Below are positions 7,691-16,877 of a stretch of DNA of 64,000 nucleotides, in pieces. Source of the DNA: an uncultured Actinomycetota bacterium (GTDB lineage: Bacteria > Actinomycetota > UBA4738); NCBI GenBank assembly GCA_963770955.1, contig CAVYRK010000007.1:10799-74798 (forward strand), written 5' to 3'. The translations under genes and the position numbers were made by a program. Numbering within the stretch: position 1 is the first letter of the stretch; each line of letters starts with the position of its first letter. The notes under the pieces are model-generated. The model searched no databases. It worked only from the letters and a program-made list of their open reading frames with translations, and had not been told where the DNA came from.

Positions 7691-8539
7691 CTACCTGGGG
7701 AAACGGGCCGCGATGGCCTGGTAGCACACCCAGTAGTCCTCTGGGGCCACGTTGTCGTCCATGACGACGACGGTCCGCGTCCGGCCGAGCGCCGCGGCCG
7801 CGACCGGCGCCGGGTCGTTCACGTCGGCGATCGAGACCGTGTCGATGCCCGCCTCGATCGCGGCGCCGGCGAAGCCGTGATCGGCGAGCACCAGGTCGGG
7901 CCGCTCGCCCGCCTCGTCGGCGGCCGCCAGCATCCGCTCCATCGCCTCGGAGGAGTGCGTGTGGATCGACGAGCCGTGATCGGTCAGGATCGCGACGCCG
8001 TGGAGGTAGCGGATCTCGCGCGGGCGGCCGAGGCTCCGCCACCGGTCCCCCTCGAGAGGACGGATGAGGCTCGCGCCGTGCGCGACGAGAAGCTCGCCGA
8101 CGGCGGCGTAGAGCAGGACGAGGCCCACCGGATGACCGGTCGCGAGCAGCACGGTCGCCCCGCCCGCGGCCGCCTCGGCAAGCAGGTCGCCGGCCTCCTC
8201 CAGCCGGGTGAGCACCCGCTCGGGGTCGACCGGGACCGGCCCGTCCCCGCCGCCGGCGACCACGCCGGCGTCGAACCCGGCCGCCTCGGCCATGAGCGCC
8301 ATGACCGCGTCCTCCGACAGCGCGCCGAGGCCGGAGATCCCGAACTGCGAACGGGGGTCGCCCGAGGCGAACTGCGCGATCTTCCACCGGACGTTCGAGC
8401 GGTCGTGCGACACGACGGGCCCTGCCATGCGCCCTGCCAGCAGCCCGCGCAACAGCGCCTCGCGGGAGTGGTCGCTCCTGCGCCAGCGCTCCGATCGCAG
8501 GACTTCGCGCGCGGCTTCTTCTTGTGCTTTGCTTCGCAT
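7691..8539 (-). CDS. conserved hypothetical protein (possible phosphatase-like)
   Basis: 282 aa with protein-like composition (LLATGHPVG...LTDHGSSIHTHSSEA...VLADHGFAGAAIEAGIDTVSIADVND). The family assignment is only a vague recollection. The start could instead be the internal ATG at 8428. Confidence 0.55.
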   Translation of the reverse strand: MRSKAQEEAAREVLRSERWRRSDHSREALLRGLLAGRMAGPVVSHDRSNVRWKIAQFASGDPRSQFGISGLGALSEDAVMALMAEAAGFDAGVVAGGGDGPVPVDPERVLTRLEEAGDLLAEAAAGGATVLLATGHPVGLVLLYAAVGELLVAHGASLIRPLEGDRWRSLGRPREIRYLHGVAILTDHGSSIHTHSSEAMERMLAAADEAGERPDLVLADHGFAGAAIEAGIDTVSIADVNDPAPVAAAALGRTRTVVVMDDNVAPEDYWVCYQAIAARFPR

Positions 8540-8571
8540 CCGAGCAGTCGATTCTAGGAGGTCGCTTCCGA

Positions 8572-9360
8572 ATGGCGGATGCAGCGGTAGGGCAAGGCGC
8601 GCTGGCGGGGAAGGTCGCCGTGGTCACGGGCGCGAGCCGCGGCATCGGGAGGGCGATCGCGATGGCGCTGTCGGGATCGGGCGCGTCGGTGGTCCTCGCC
8701 GCGCGAGGCGCCGAGGCGCTCGAGGCTGCTGGCGCCCAGGTCGCCGCGGGCGGCGGCCGCGTCGCGACGGTCCCGACCGACGTCACCGACCTCGAGCAGG
8801 TGCGGCGCCTGGTCGGCCGCGCGGTCGAGGAGTTCGGCTCGCTCGATGTCCTGGTGAGCAACGCCGGGTCGGCGCCGTTCACGTCCCCCATGGCCGAGAT
8901 GCGTCCCGAGGGGTTCGACCGGTACTTCCGAGCGAACTTCGAGGGGGCGCGCAACGGCATTCTCGCCGCCGGCCCCATCATGCTCGAGCGCGGCGAGGGC
9001 TGCGTCCTGAACATGGCCTCGGTGTCGGGGCTCATCGCCAGCCCGGGCCTCGCCTACTACGCGGCCGCGAAGGCAGCGATCATCAGCCTGACCCGCACCG
9101 TGGCGCGCGAATGGGCGCCGTCCGGCGTCCGCGTGAACGCCCTGGCGCCGGGCTGGATCGAGACCGAGATGAACGACGCGCTGCGGGCGAGCGGCGACGC
9201 CGAGCGCGGCGTCCTGAGCCAGATCCCGATGGGCCGCTGGGGCCGCGCGGACGAGGTCGCGGCGGCGGCGCTGTTCCTGTGTTCCCCGGCGGCGTCGTTC
9301 GTCACGGGCGCGGTGCTCGTCGTGGACGGCGGCCAGACGACCGGGTCGCTGTCGATCTGA
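8572..9360 (+). CDS. SDR family oxidoreductase (FabG-like)
   Basis: ATG at 8572 lies 10 nt after AGGAGG. It has TGASRGIG, NAG and a YxxxK (YYAAAK) triad. Confidence 0.85.
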   Translation: MADAAVGQGALAGKVAVVTGASRGIGRAIAMALSGSGASVVLAARGAEALEAAGAQVAAGGGRVATVPTDVTDLEQVRRLVGRAVEEFGSLDVLVSNAGSAPFTSPMAEMRPEGFDRYFRANFEGARNGILAAGPIMLERGEGCVLNMASVSGLIASPGLAYYAAAKAAIISLTRTVAREWAPSGVRVNALAPGWIETEMNDALRASGDAERGVLSQIPMGRWGRADEVAAAALFLCSPAASFVTGAVLVVDGGQTTGSLSI

Positions 9361-9368
9361 GGGCGGGG

Positions 9369-10145
9369 TCACCGCCTGGGGCGGGCGCGCATGACGGCCC
9401 GGACGCCGGCGCGGAACACGGGCGGCGCCAAGCCATGCAGCGCCGGCAGCACCGCGGCCGCGCGGGGCACGGAGGCGGACGGTGCCGTCCCGTCGCGCGC
9501 CACGCGAACGATCGCGTCCGCGACACGGTCGACGCGGACGAGCAGTCGCGCCGGAACGCCCGCCTGCGGGAACCCCTCCGTGCGCACCAGGCCGGGGTTC
9601 ACGGCCGTCACGCGCACGCCCCGATCGCGCACCTCGCCGTCGAGCGCCTCGGAGAAGGCGACCACCGCGTGCTTGGTGGCCGAGTAGACGGCCGCGCCGG
9701 GAAGCGCGACCAGGCCGGCGATCGAGGCGACGTTCACGACGTGCCCACGGCCCGCCTCCAGCATTCCCGGCAGGAAGGCCCGGGTGACCGACAGCACCCC
9801 GAGCAGGTTCGTCCGCACGATGGAGTCGATCCGCCCGGGGGCCGCGTCCGCGAACGGTCCACCGCCCGGGACGCCGGCGTTGTTCACCAAGACGTCGCAC
9901 CGGCCGTACGCGGACCGCGTCCCCTCGGCCAGCCCCGCGACGTCGGTGTCGCTCGTGACGTCCGCGGGCACCGGCTGGGCGCGTCCCCCGTGGCGCTCGA
10001 TCTCCCGGGCCAGGTCCTCGAGCAGATCCCCGCGGCGGGCCGACAGCACCAGGAGCGAGCCCGAACGGGCAAAGGCGAGTGCGGTCGCGCGCCCGATCCC
10101 CGCGGAGGCGCCGGTGACCACCACGACCGCGCCGCGGAGGTTCAT
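9369..10145 (-). CDS. SDR family oxidoreductase
   Basis: 258 aa with TGASAGIG, NNAG and YSATK. Its ATG overlaps the stop of the upstream cyclase gene (ATGA). Confidence 0.85.
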   Translation of the reverse strand: MNLRGAVVVVTGASAGIGRATALAFARSGSLLVLSARRGDLLEDLAREIERHGGRAQPVPADVTSDTDVAGLAEGTRSAYGRCDVLVNNAGVPGGGPFADAAPGRIDSIVRTNLLGVLSVTRAFLPGMLEAGRGHVVNVASIAGLVALPGAAVYSATKHAVVAFSEALDGEVRDRGVRVTAVNPGLVRTEGFPQAGVPARLLVRVDRVADAIVRVARDGTAPSASVPRAAAVLPALHGLAPPVFRAGVRAVMRARPRR

Positions 10146-13100
10146 GCAGTGAGCGAGTCCGGAGCGGGTCCGTCCCAGCGATCGAGCGTGGCCCGCGCCC
10201 TGGCCGCGGCGACCTCGTTCCCCTTCGCGTCGAACAGGTCCAGTGCCTGCCGGACGTACGGCGCGCCCTCCGGCGCCCGTCCCGCCTCGCGCAACACCTC
10301 GGCCAGGTCGAGCAGGGCGTCTGCCCGCATGTTGACGTCGTCGGTCTCGGCCGCGAGCGCCGTCGCCTCGCGCGCGAGCGCCTCCGCGTCACCGTGCATG
10401 CCCCGCGCCGACAGAACGCGTCCGCGCACGCTGCGCCACACCACCTGGGTGGTCATGTCGTCCGTCGCGCCGTTTCGTTCGGCCTCCGCCGTCAGCGCAT
10501 CGGCTTCATCGACGCGGCCCTGCGCCAGGACGGCCTGGGACAGCAGCGCGGTCACGGTCGCGTTGTAGCCGCGTTCGCCGATCTGATCGGTGATCTCGTA
10601 CCCGAGACGCAGCGCCCGCTCGGCCGCCGCGTGGTCCCCGGCGAGCGTCTCGACGAACGCGGCCGCCTCGGTCGCGAACGCCGCGCGGAGACGCAGGCCG
10701 AGCTCGTTGAGCATCTCGTAGCTCCGCTCCGCGAGCTCGCGCGCCTCGTCGAAGCTGCCCTCCATCGCGCGGCACGCCGCGAGGGTGCGCAACGCGCGTG
10801 CCTCCGCCTGCGGCCTGCCGCGCGACGTCTCCCGGATCTCCCCGCACCGCCGCACGACCTCGCTCACGGGCGCCGGTCCGTACAGTCCCGAGCCGGCCAG
10901 CGAGCCCAGGCACTCCGCCTCCTCGCGGATGGCGCCGGCGAGCCGGGCGTGGTGCACCGCGCGCCGCAGCGGCTCGTCACATGCCGCGTACAGCGAACGG
11001 GACCAGTACACGTCCGCCATCAGGTGGTAGCTGCGCGCCAGGCCGTGATGGTCGTGGAGCGCCGCGAACACGGGAATCACCCGCTCCAATTCCTTCAGCG
11101 CCAGGTCCGTCCCGCGCTCGGGCTCCGTGGACTCCTCCAGCGACAGGCGAACGATCGTCGCGTGTGCCTCGATCTGCGCCAGGCCCGCGACCCCGGCCCT
11201 CCGGACGGCCTCGTCCAGCACCCGGTCGGCCCCGGTGAAGTCGCCGATCTCCGTCAGCGCCTCGGCCAGGTCGGGCATCAGCGCGAGCCGGGCCGGCTCG
11301 TCGGCCGCCAGCAACGCGACCGCGCGTCCCAGCAGGTTCGCCGCCGCGCTCATGTCGCCGCGCCCGAACGCCCGGCGGCCGGCCGACGCAAGGCGCTCGG
11401 CGGCCCGGGCCGCGAGCTCCCGATCGCGCTCCCGCGCAGCGGGTTCCAGCTCGGCCCGATACCGAACGGCCTGCTCGAGGTGGTAGCCGATCACCTCCTC
11501 GTACTCGCCGACGCGATCGGCCGCGACGCGCTCGAGCCAGCCGGCGAAGCGCCGGTGGAGGTCGGCGCGTTCCGCCTTCGGCGTTCCCTGATACGCCGCG
11601 TCCCGGATCAGCAGATGGTGGAACCGGAACGCGTCCTCGCCCTGCACCCGCGATCGCTCCGGCCGGATCAGCTCCTTCCGAACGAGCGTCTGGAGGTGGC
11701 TGCCGACATCGGCGCGGTCCTCCTGCGTGGACAGCTCGGCGACCGCGCCCCACCAGAACACCTTCCCGATGACGGAGGCCCGGCGGGTCACGGCGCGCTC
11801 GCCCTGCCCCAGGCGATCGAGGCGGGCCCCGATCAGCGCGTTGATGGTGGGGGGCACCGCCAGGTCCGAGAGGTCCCGCACGGGCTTCCACCGCCCCTCC
11901 TCCTGTCGCAGCAGGTCGTCGTCGGCGAGCATGCGGAGCATCTCCTCGACGAACAACGGGTTGCCCTCGGCGGCCTCCAGGATGCGCGTGCGCACGCCAC
12001 CGGTCATCTCGCCGCGGCCCATGAGGTTGGTGAGCAGCGTCGCGCTCTCGTCCGCGCTCAACGGCTCGAGCGTGCCCGTCCACTCTCGCGGGGTGCGGCG
12101 GCGCCACGACGGCCGCGCGTCGAGCAGCTCGGGGCGTCCGAGGCAGAGGAACAGGATCGGCGCCCCCTCACTCCAGCCGACGAGGTAGTCGATCAGATCC
12201 AGGAACGCCGGCTCGGCCCAGTGGATGTCGTCCAGGACCAGGACCAGCGGTCCGGTTGCGGCCGCGTGCTCCAGCAGACGGCGGACGGCCCAGAACGTCT
12301 CCTCCATGCCGACCCGGGCCTCCGAAAGCCCCAGCAGCTCGGCGACGCCGTCCGCCAGGAGAGTGGCCTCGGGCCCGTCGGGGACCACCGCGCGGATGCG
12401 CTCACGAACCTGCTCGGCGGAGTCCGTTTCCCCGATGCCGAATGCCTGCTTGACGATGTCCCGCGCCGCCCAGAAGGTGATGCCCTCGCCGTACGGGAGG
12501 CAGCGGCCGTGCAGGACGCGGACCTCCTCACCCAGCCCATCGGCGAACTCCATCGCCGTGCGGGACTTCCCGATGCCGGCGGGGCCGAGCAGGGCGAAGC
12601 GGATCGCCATTGCCCCATCCACCGCCTCGCGGAACGCCCGGCTCAGCAGCCCGAGCTCGTCGGCGCGTCCGACCAGGGCCGAGCCCATCCGCGGCGCGGA
12701 GGCGTGGACCGGGTCGATGGAGAGCAGCCGGTAGACCTGGGCCGGCTCGGATTTGCCCTTGAGCGTCAGCATCGGGCCGCGTTCGACGTCGACCACGTCC
12801 CGCACCAGCCGGAAGGTGGTCTCCCCCAACAGGATCTGCCCGGGCTCGGCGGCCTGCTCGAGGCGCGCGGCCACGTTGACGGCGTCCCCCATGACGGCGG
12901 CGCTGGGCGCGGCCGGGTCCGCCGCGAGCACCTCCCCCGTGTTGACGCCGGTTCTCGCTTCCAGGCGCACCTGGTAGCGGGATTCGAGCTCGGCGTTCAG
13001 CTCCCGGAGCGCGCGCCGCATGTCCTCGGCGGCGCGGACGGCGCGGAGCGCGTCGTCCTCATGGAGCCGCGGCACGCCGAAGACGGCCATCACCGCATCG

Positions 13101-13366
13101 CCGATGAACTTCTCGACCACCCCGCCGTGCCCGTGCACGGCCGCCTGCATCGCCTCGAAGTAGCGCGCCATGACCCGGCGGAACAGCTCGGGGTCGAGGC
13201 GCTCCCCCAGGCCCGTGAAGCCGGCAACGTCGGTGAACACCACCGTGACCACCTTTCGCGCGCCGGCGGCGATGCGATCGTCCCAGGACCCGAGGGCCGC
13301 GCCGCAGCGCTGGCAGAACCTCGCCGAATCGTCGTTCTGGGCCCCGCACTCCCCGCACTCCGCCAT
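10142..13366 (-). CDS. Zn-ribbon / class III adenylate-guanylate cyclase / AAA(STAND) ATPase / TPR regulator
   Basis: 1074 aa. CGECG...CQRCG zinc ribbon, then cyclase core (VVTVVFTDVAGFT...GDAVMAVFG...RTGVNTGEV), P-loop (GPAGIGKSR), and a long helical-repeat C-terminus. Confidence 0.9.
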   Translation of the reverse strand: MAECGECGAQNDDSARFCQRCGAALGSWDDRIAAGARKVVTVVFTDVAGFTGLGERLDPELFRRVMARYFEAMQAAVHGHGGVVEKFIGDAVMAVFGVPRLHEDDALRAVRAAEDMRRALRELNAELESRYQVRLEARTGVNTGEVLAADPAAPSAAVMGDAVNVAARLEQAAEPGQILLGETTFRLVRDVVDVERGPMLTLKGKSEPAQVYRLLSIDPVHASAPRMGSALVGRADELGLLSRAFREAVDGAMAIRFALLGPAGIGKSRTAMEFADGLGEEVRVLHGRCLPYGEGITFWAARDIVKQAFGIGETDSAEQVRERIRAVVPDGPEATLLADGVAELLGLSEARVGMEETFWAVRRLLEHAAATGPLVLVLDDIHWAEPAFLDLIDYLVGWSEGAPILFLCLGRPELLDARPSWRRRTPREWTGTLEPLSADESATLLTNLMGRGEMTGGVRTRILEAAEGNPLFVEEMLRMLADDDLLRQEEGRWKPVRDLSDLAVPPTINALIGARLDRLGQGERAVTRRASVIGKVFWWGAVAELSTQEDRADVGSHLQTLVRKELIRPERSRVQGEDAFRFHHLLIRDAAYQGTPKAERADLHRRFAGWLERVAADRVGEYEEVIGYHLEQAVRYRAELEPAARERDRELAARAAERLASAGRRAFGRGDMSAAANLLGRAVALLAADEPARLALMPDLAEALTEIGDFTGADRVLDEAVRRAGVAGLAQIEAHATIVRLSLEESTEPERGTDLALKELERVIPVFAALHDHHGLARSYHLMADVYWSRSLYAACDEPLRRAVHHARLAGAIREEAECLGSLAGSGLYGPAPVSEVVRRCGEIRETSRGRPQAEARALRTLAACRAMEGSFDEARELAERSYEMLNELGLRLRAAFATEAAAFVETLAGDHAAAERALRLGYEITDQIGERGYNATVTALLSQAVLAQGRVDEADALTAEAERNGATDDMTTQVVWRSVRGRVLSARGMHGDAEALAREATALAAETDDVNMRADALLDLAEVLREAGRAPEGAPYVRQALDLFDAKGNEVAAARARATLDRWDGPAPDSLTA

Positions 13367-13489
13367 GTGCGCAGTGTACGTCGGGGCTGGTCACGGCAGC
13401 GTCACGGGCCGACTTGCCCGAGGTGGCCGCTCAAGAATAGGCTCGCACACCGGGCCGCGCGCGGGCGGCCGAGAGAGGGGGGAAGCGAC

Positions 13490-13870
13490 GTGGGTGATCC
13501 AATCGTCATGAAGAGCGACGCCGAGCCGGACTGGCAATGGCCGGAGTCCGGTCCGCCGAAGGGTCCGACGACGACCAATCTCTACTGGTGGAAGGACACC
13601 CTGCACGAGGTGGGCGGCAACGGCGAGGGAACGGCCATGATGCGAGGCATCGCGACCGGCCACCAGCTGGAGTGCGAGGGATGGATCCACGTGAAGTCCG
13701 ATCGGGGAACGGGCAGGGTCTTCGTCAAGGGGCACCTCTCGCTCACGGACGGCGTCATCGGAGACGGCGGCTTCGAGATCGAGGGCGGGAGCGGCAGCTT
13801 CGAGGACCGCGCGGGCAAGGACGTGGCCGTCGAGGTCGAGAACCCGAAGCGGTACACCATCCCGGGGTAG
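13490..13870 (+). CDS. hypothetical protein (126 aa)
   Basis: Only the last part of the 1158-aa shadow ORF 10394..13870 looks real. GTG at 13490 follows GAGAGAGGGGGGAAG; an alternative ATG lies at 13508. The sequence is W/G-rich and beta-like. I recognise no family. Confidence 0.5.
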   Translation: MGDPIVMKSDAEPDWQWPESGPPKGPTTTNLYWWKDTLHEVGGNGEGTAMMRGIATGHQLECEGWIHVKSDRGTGRVFVKGHLSLTDGVIGDGGFEIEGGSGSFEDRAGKDVAVEVENPKRYTIPG

Positions 13871-13882
13871 TGACGCGGGCCC

Positions 13883-15052
13883 TCAGCCCCGCAAGCCGTG
13901 GCGCGGGAAGATCGTCCGCTTGACCTGACGGACGACCTCGTCGACCGCGTCGTCGCGGCCACGGTTCGGCACCGGTTCCTCGGACAGGAACTCGGGCACC
14001 GAGATCCGGTACTCACCGCGCACGATCTCCAGCCACGACTCCGGGAGCTCGTCCGGGATCACGACGCCGGCCATCTCCGCGAAATAGATGGTCCACGCGC
14101 GCGGCACGACCCTCGCCCACTGGTAGCCGCCGCCGCCCGTCGCCAGCCACTTGCCACCGGCGGCCTCGTGCGCCAGCCCGTGCAGCATCGCCGCGGCTGC
14201 ACGGTACGAGGCGGTCGTCAGGTCGACCCACGCGAGCGGATCCGTGGTGTGCGTGTCGCATCCCAGTTGGGTCACGAGCACGTCGGGCTTCCACGCGGTC
14301 ACGAGCGGCGGGGCGACGGCCTCCAGCGCGGCGAGCCACGCCGCGTCTCCCGTCTGCGGCGGGACCGGCACGTTGACCTTGGTGCCCGCCGCGTCGCCCG
14401 TTCCGCTCTCCTCGACGAACCCCGTCCCGGGAAAGAGCGTCCGGCCGTCCTGATGGATGGAGATCGTCAGCACGCGGGGGTCGCCGTAGAAGATCGCCTG
14501 CGGACCGTCGCCGTGGTGCACGTCGACGTCCACGTACGCGATCCGCGACGCGCCGTGCTCCAGCATCCAGGCGATGGCGATGGCGGGGTCGTCGTAGACG
14601 CAGAACCCACTGGCGCGCTCGGCCATCGCGTGGTGCAGCCCCCCCGACGGGTTGAAGGCGTGCTCCGCCCGGCCGCCGAGCACCGCCTCGGCCGCCGTCA
14701 AGGACGCACCGGCCACGCGCGCGGCCGCCTCGTGCATGTGGGGGAACACGGGGTTGTCGCCGGGGCCGAACCCGAAGCCGCCCCACGGCCCCGGCTCGCC
14801 CGCGCCGGCGCCGCGAACCGCCTCCAGATACGCGGGCGTGTGCACCAGCAGCAGCTCGTCGTCGGTCGCGTCTCGCGCGTTCGTCACCGACACCTGCCCG
14901 GCGCCCGGGATGCCGTACTCCTCGATCAGCCGGTGCGTCAGGATGACCCGCGCCGGGCGGAGCGGGTGCTGGGGACCGTGGTCGTACCAGGGCGCGTCGT
15001 CCCCGTACCAGATCAGCTCGACGCGGTCGCTCACGTGGCCATCATCGGACAT
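13883..15052 (-). CDS. histone deacetylase-family protein (AcuC / acetylpolyamine amidohydrolase-like)
   Basis: Starts at MSDDGHV (ATG 15050-15052). It has HP..P.R, GGLHHA, DVDVHHGDG and GGGGY motifs. Confidence 0.85.
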   Translation of the reverse strand: MSDDGHVSDRVELIWYGDDAPWYDHGPQHPLRPARVILTHRLIEEYGIPGAGQVSVTNARDATDDELLLVHTPAYLEAVRGAGAGEPGPWGGFGFGPGDNPVFPHMHEAAARVAGASLTAAEAVLGGRAEHAFNPSGGLHHAMAERASGFCVYDDPAIAIAWMLEHGASRIAYVDVDVHHGDGPQAIFYGDPRVLTISIHQDGRTLFPGTGFVEESGTGDAAGTKVNVPVPPQTGDAAWLAALEAVAPPLVTAWKPDVLVTQLGCDTHTTDPLAWVDLTTASYRAAAAMLHGLAHEAAGGKWLATGGGGYQWARVVPRAWTIYFAEMAGVVIPDELPESWLEIVRGEYRISVPEFLSEEPVPNRGRDDAVDEVVRQVKRTIFPRHGLRG

Positions 15053-16877
15053 GGACCGCGGGCTGCGCCGTCCCCCTCGGCTCCCCTTCGCGCGCGGGTT
15101 CGACCAGCGACGGGTACGCCAGCACGGCGACGGCATACAGGAACGACGGTGCGGCCGCCGCCATGCCGGTGTCGTTCACCAGGAACCCCACCCCCGCGGC
15201 GACGACCAGGACGATCAGGACCTCTCGCCAGGGCCGGGCGGCCGCGAGCGCCGCGGACAGCCGCCCGCCACGGAGGCCGGCCCACAGGACGACGGGCAGT
15301 CCCAACAACGGGATCAGCGAGGCGGGTGATTCGCCCACCTGGCGGAACCCGGCGGCGAGCCGGTGCCGGATCACGTCGAACCCGGAGGCGGCGCTCGAGC
15401 CGCCGGTCTGCACGAATCGCGTGATGTGCGTCGGCTCGGGCGCGAACAGACGGTTCACGATGAGCACCACGGCGAGGCCCGCGACCGCGACACAGAGCGA
15501 CACCGCGGCCTCGCGCCAGCGGACACGTCCCCGCGACCGCAGCTGCCACCAGAGGCCGGCGGCGGCGAACAGCACGATCGCTCCGCCGACGTCGGCCCCC
15601 AGGTTGGGGAAGCCGGCCAGCAGCCCGCACGCGAACAGCAGGATGCCGCCACGCAATGGGTCGAAGCGCGTCGCCACGAACAGGCCGCTTGCCAGCAGCG
15701 TGGACTCGAACGCGTTCGGCAGCCCGTAGTACCGCGAGCCGTCGAACATGGTGCCGCCCAGCAACGGGATGCGAAGGCCGACGGACCCCAGCGCCAGGTC
15801 GACGGCCAGGAAGACGAGCCCGGCCGCCCCGAGGAACACCAGGGGCGACATCGCGTCCCGTCCCGGCAGGCGCGCCGAAGCCCACGCGAGCACCGACGTC
15901 CACGCCAGCATCCACGCCGCGGCCCAGGCGTAGGTGAATTCGGGTAGGAAGCCGCCCGCGGCGGCGGGGATGAGCAGCGCCACCCCCCAGAGCGCGACGA
16001 ACCGCCAGCCGGCCGCCGCAGACGGGGACGTCCGGCGGCCGCGTTCGATCGAGGCCATCACGACGATCAGCGCGAGCCCGGCCACCACCACGAACGCCAA
16101 TTCGGCGAGCTGCACGCCGATCCGGATGTGGCGCTGGCCGAGCTGCCGCTGATGCAGCGCGAACGGAGCCTCGTCGCCCGTGACCCGCATAGGCGAGCCC
16201 GTCATGGCGGACGGGACCGGAACGCCGAGGTATCGCAGGATCGTCGGGGCGACGTCGCCCACGGCGACCATGCCCGGATACCGCGTGGTGTCGGAGGTCA
16301 GCGAGCGCATCGGCCCGCGCCGCGCAGCGGGCCCGGCCGGCCCCGGCCCCTCCGCCATCGCGACGGGGAAGAGCTCGTCCCCCGCCTTCGTCATCTCCGG
16401 CGTGGGCTCGATCGACAGCTCGATGACGAGGATCGAGGTCGGGGGCGGAGGCGGCGTCAGCGTCTCGCTGGGGAGTCCCGCCGGGGCCAGCACGGCGAGC
16501 CCAGGCCCGGCGCAGAAGGTCGGGCTCGCGGTGGTGGACACGCAGACCGGAAGGCCGGCCGCTCGGACGGCGCGGATGAGCAGGTTCCGGTCCTCCACCG
16601 TCGTCGACCCGCCGGCGAGCAGCGCCCGCCGCATGCCGTTCGGGGCGTCCCGAACGGAGGCCGGAGCGGAGAGCAGGCCGGCGCCGCCGGCGCGCGCGAG
16701 CAACTGCGATCCGGGTCGCGCCATGAAGTCATCGAACGAGATCGGCGCGTCGACGACCAGGACGGCACGGCGGCCCGACGTGCCGGCCGCCGCGCCGGCG
16801 CCCGGCGCCGGCCACCAGGCGACGAATGCGACGCCGACGACCGGCAGAAGAAGGATCGCGCGACGGCGCGCGGTCAC
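15042..16877 (-). CDS. large membrane protein with an N-terminal extracytoplasmic domain
   Basis: 611 aa: signal/TM segment, a soluble domain of about 230 aa, then about 10 TM segments. It overlaps murA upstream (ATGA) and the deacetylase downstream by 11 nt. Confidence 0.7.
   Translation of the reverse strand: MTARRRAILLLPVVGVAFVAWWPAPGAGAAAGTSGRRAVLVVDAPISFDDFMARPGSQLLARAGGAGLLSAPASVRDAPNGMRRALLAGGSTTVEDRNLLIRAVRAAGLPVCVSTTASPTFCAGPGLAVLAPAGLPSETLTPPPPPTSILVIELSIEPTPEMTKAGDELFPVAMAEGPGPAGPAARRGPMRSLTSDTTRYPGMVAVGDVAPTILRYLGVPVPSAMTGSPMRVTGDEAPFALHQRQLGQRHIRIGVQLAELAFVVVAGLALIVVMASIERGRRTSPSAAAGWRFVALWGVALLIPAAAGGFLPEFTYAWAAAWMLAWTSVLAWASARLPGRDAMSPLVFLGAAGLVFLAVDLALGSVGLRIPLLGGTMFDGSRYYGLPNAFESTLLASGLFVATRFDPLRGGILLFACGLLAGFPNLGADVGGAIVLFAAAGLWWQLRSRGRVRWREAAVSLCVAVAGLAVVLIVNRLFAPEPTHITRFVQTGGSSAASGFDVIRHRLAAGFRQVGESPASLIPLLGLPVVLWAGLRGGRLSAALAAARPWREVLIVLVVAAGVGFLVNDTGMAAAAPSFLYAVAVLAYPSLVEPAREGEPRGTAQPAVHVR

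Noticed and set aside
7560-10568. Long overlapping ORFs 7560..9035(-), 8208..10568(+) and 8554..10392(-)
   Set aside because: They are R/P/G-rich shadow frames of the conserved hypothetical gene and the two SDR genes. The SDR frames carry the canonical TGxxxGIG / YxxxK motifs.
10394-13870. 1158-aa plus-strand ORF, the longest in the track
   Set aside because: It runs antisense to the well-supported cyclase/STAND gene. It is dominated by R/A/G/P/H/L low-complexity sequence with no recognisable motif. It is a typical high-GC shadow ORF. Only its last ~127 codons (13490..13870), which lie beyond the cyclase gene, look like a real gene.
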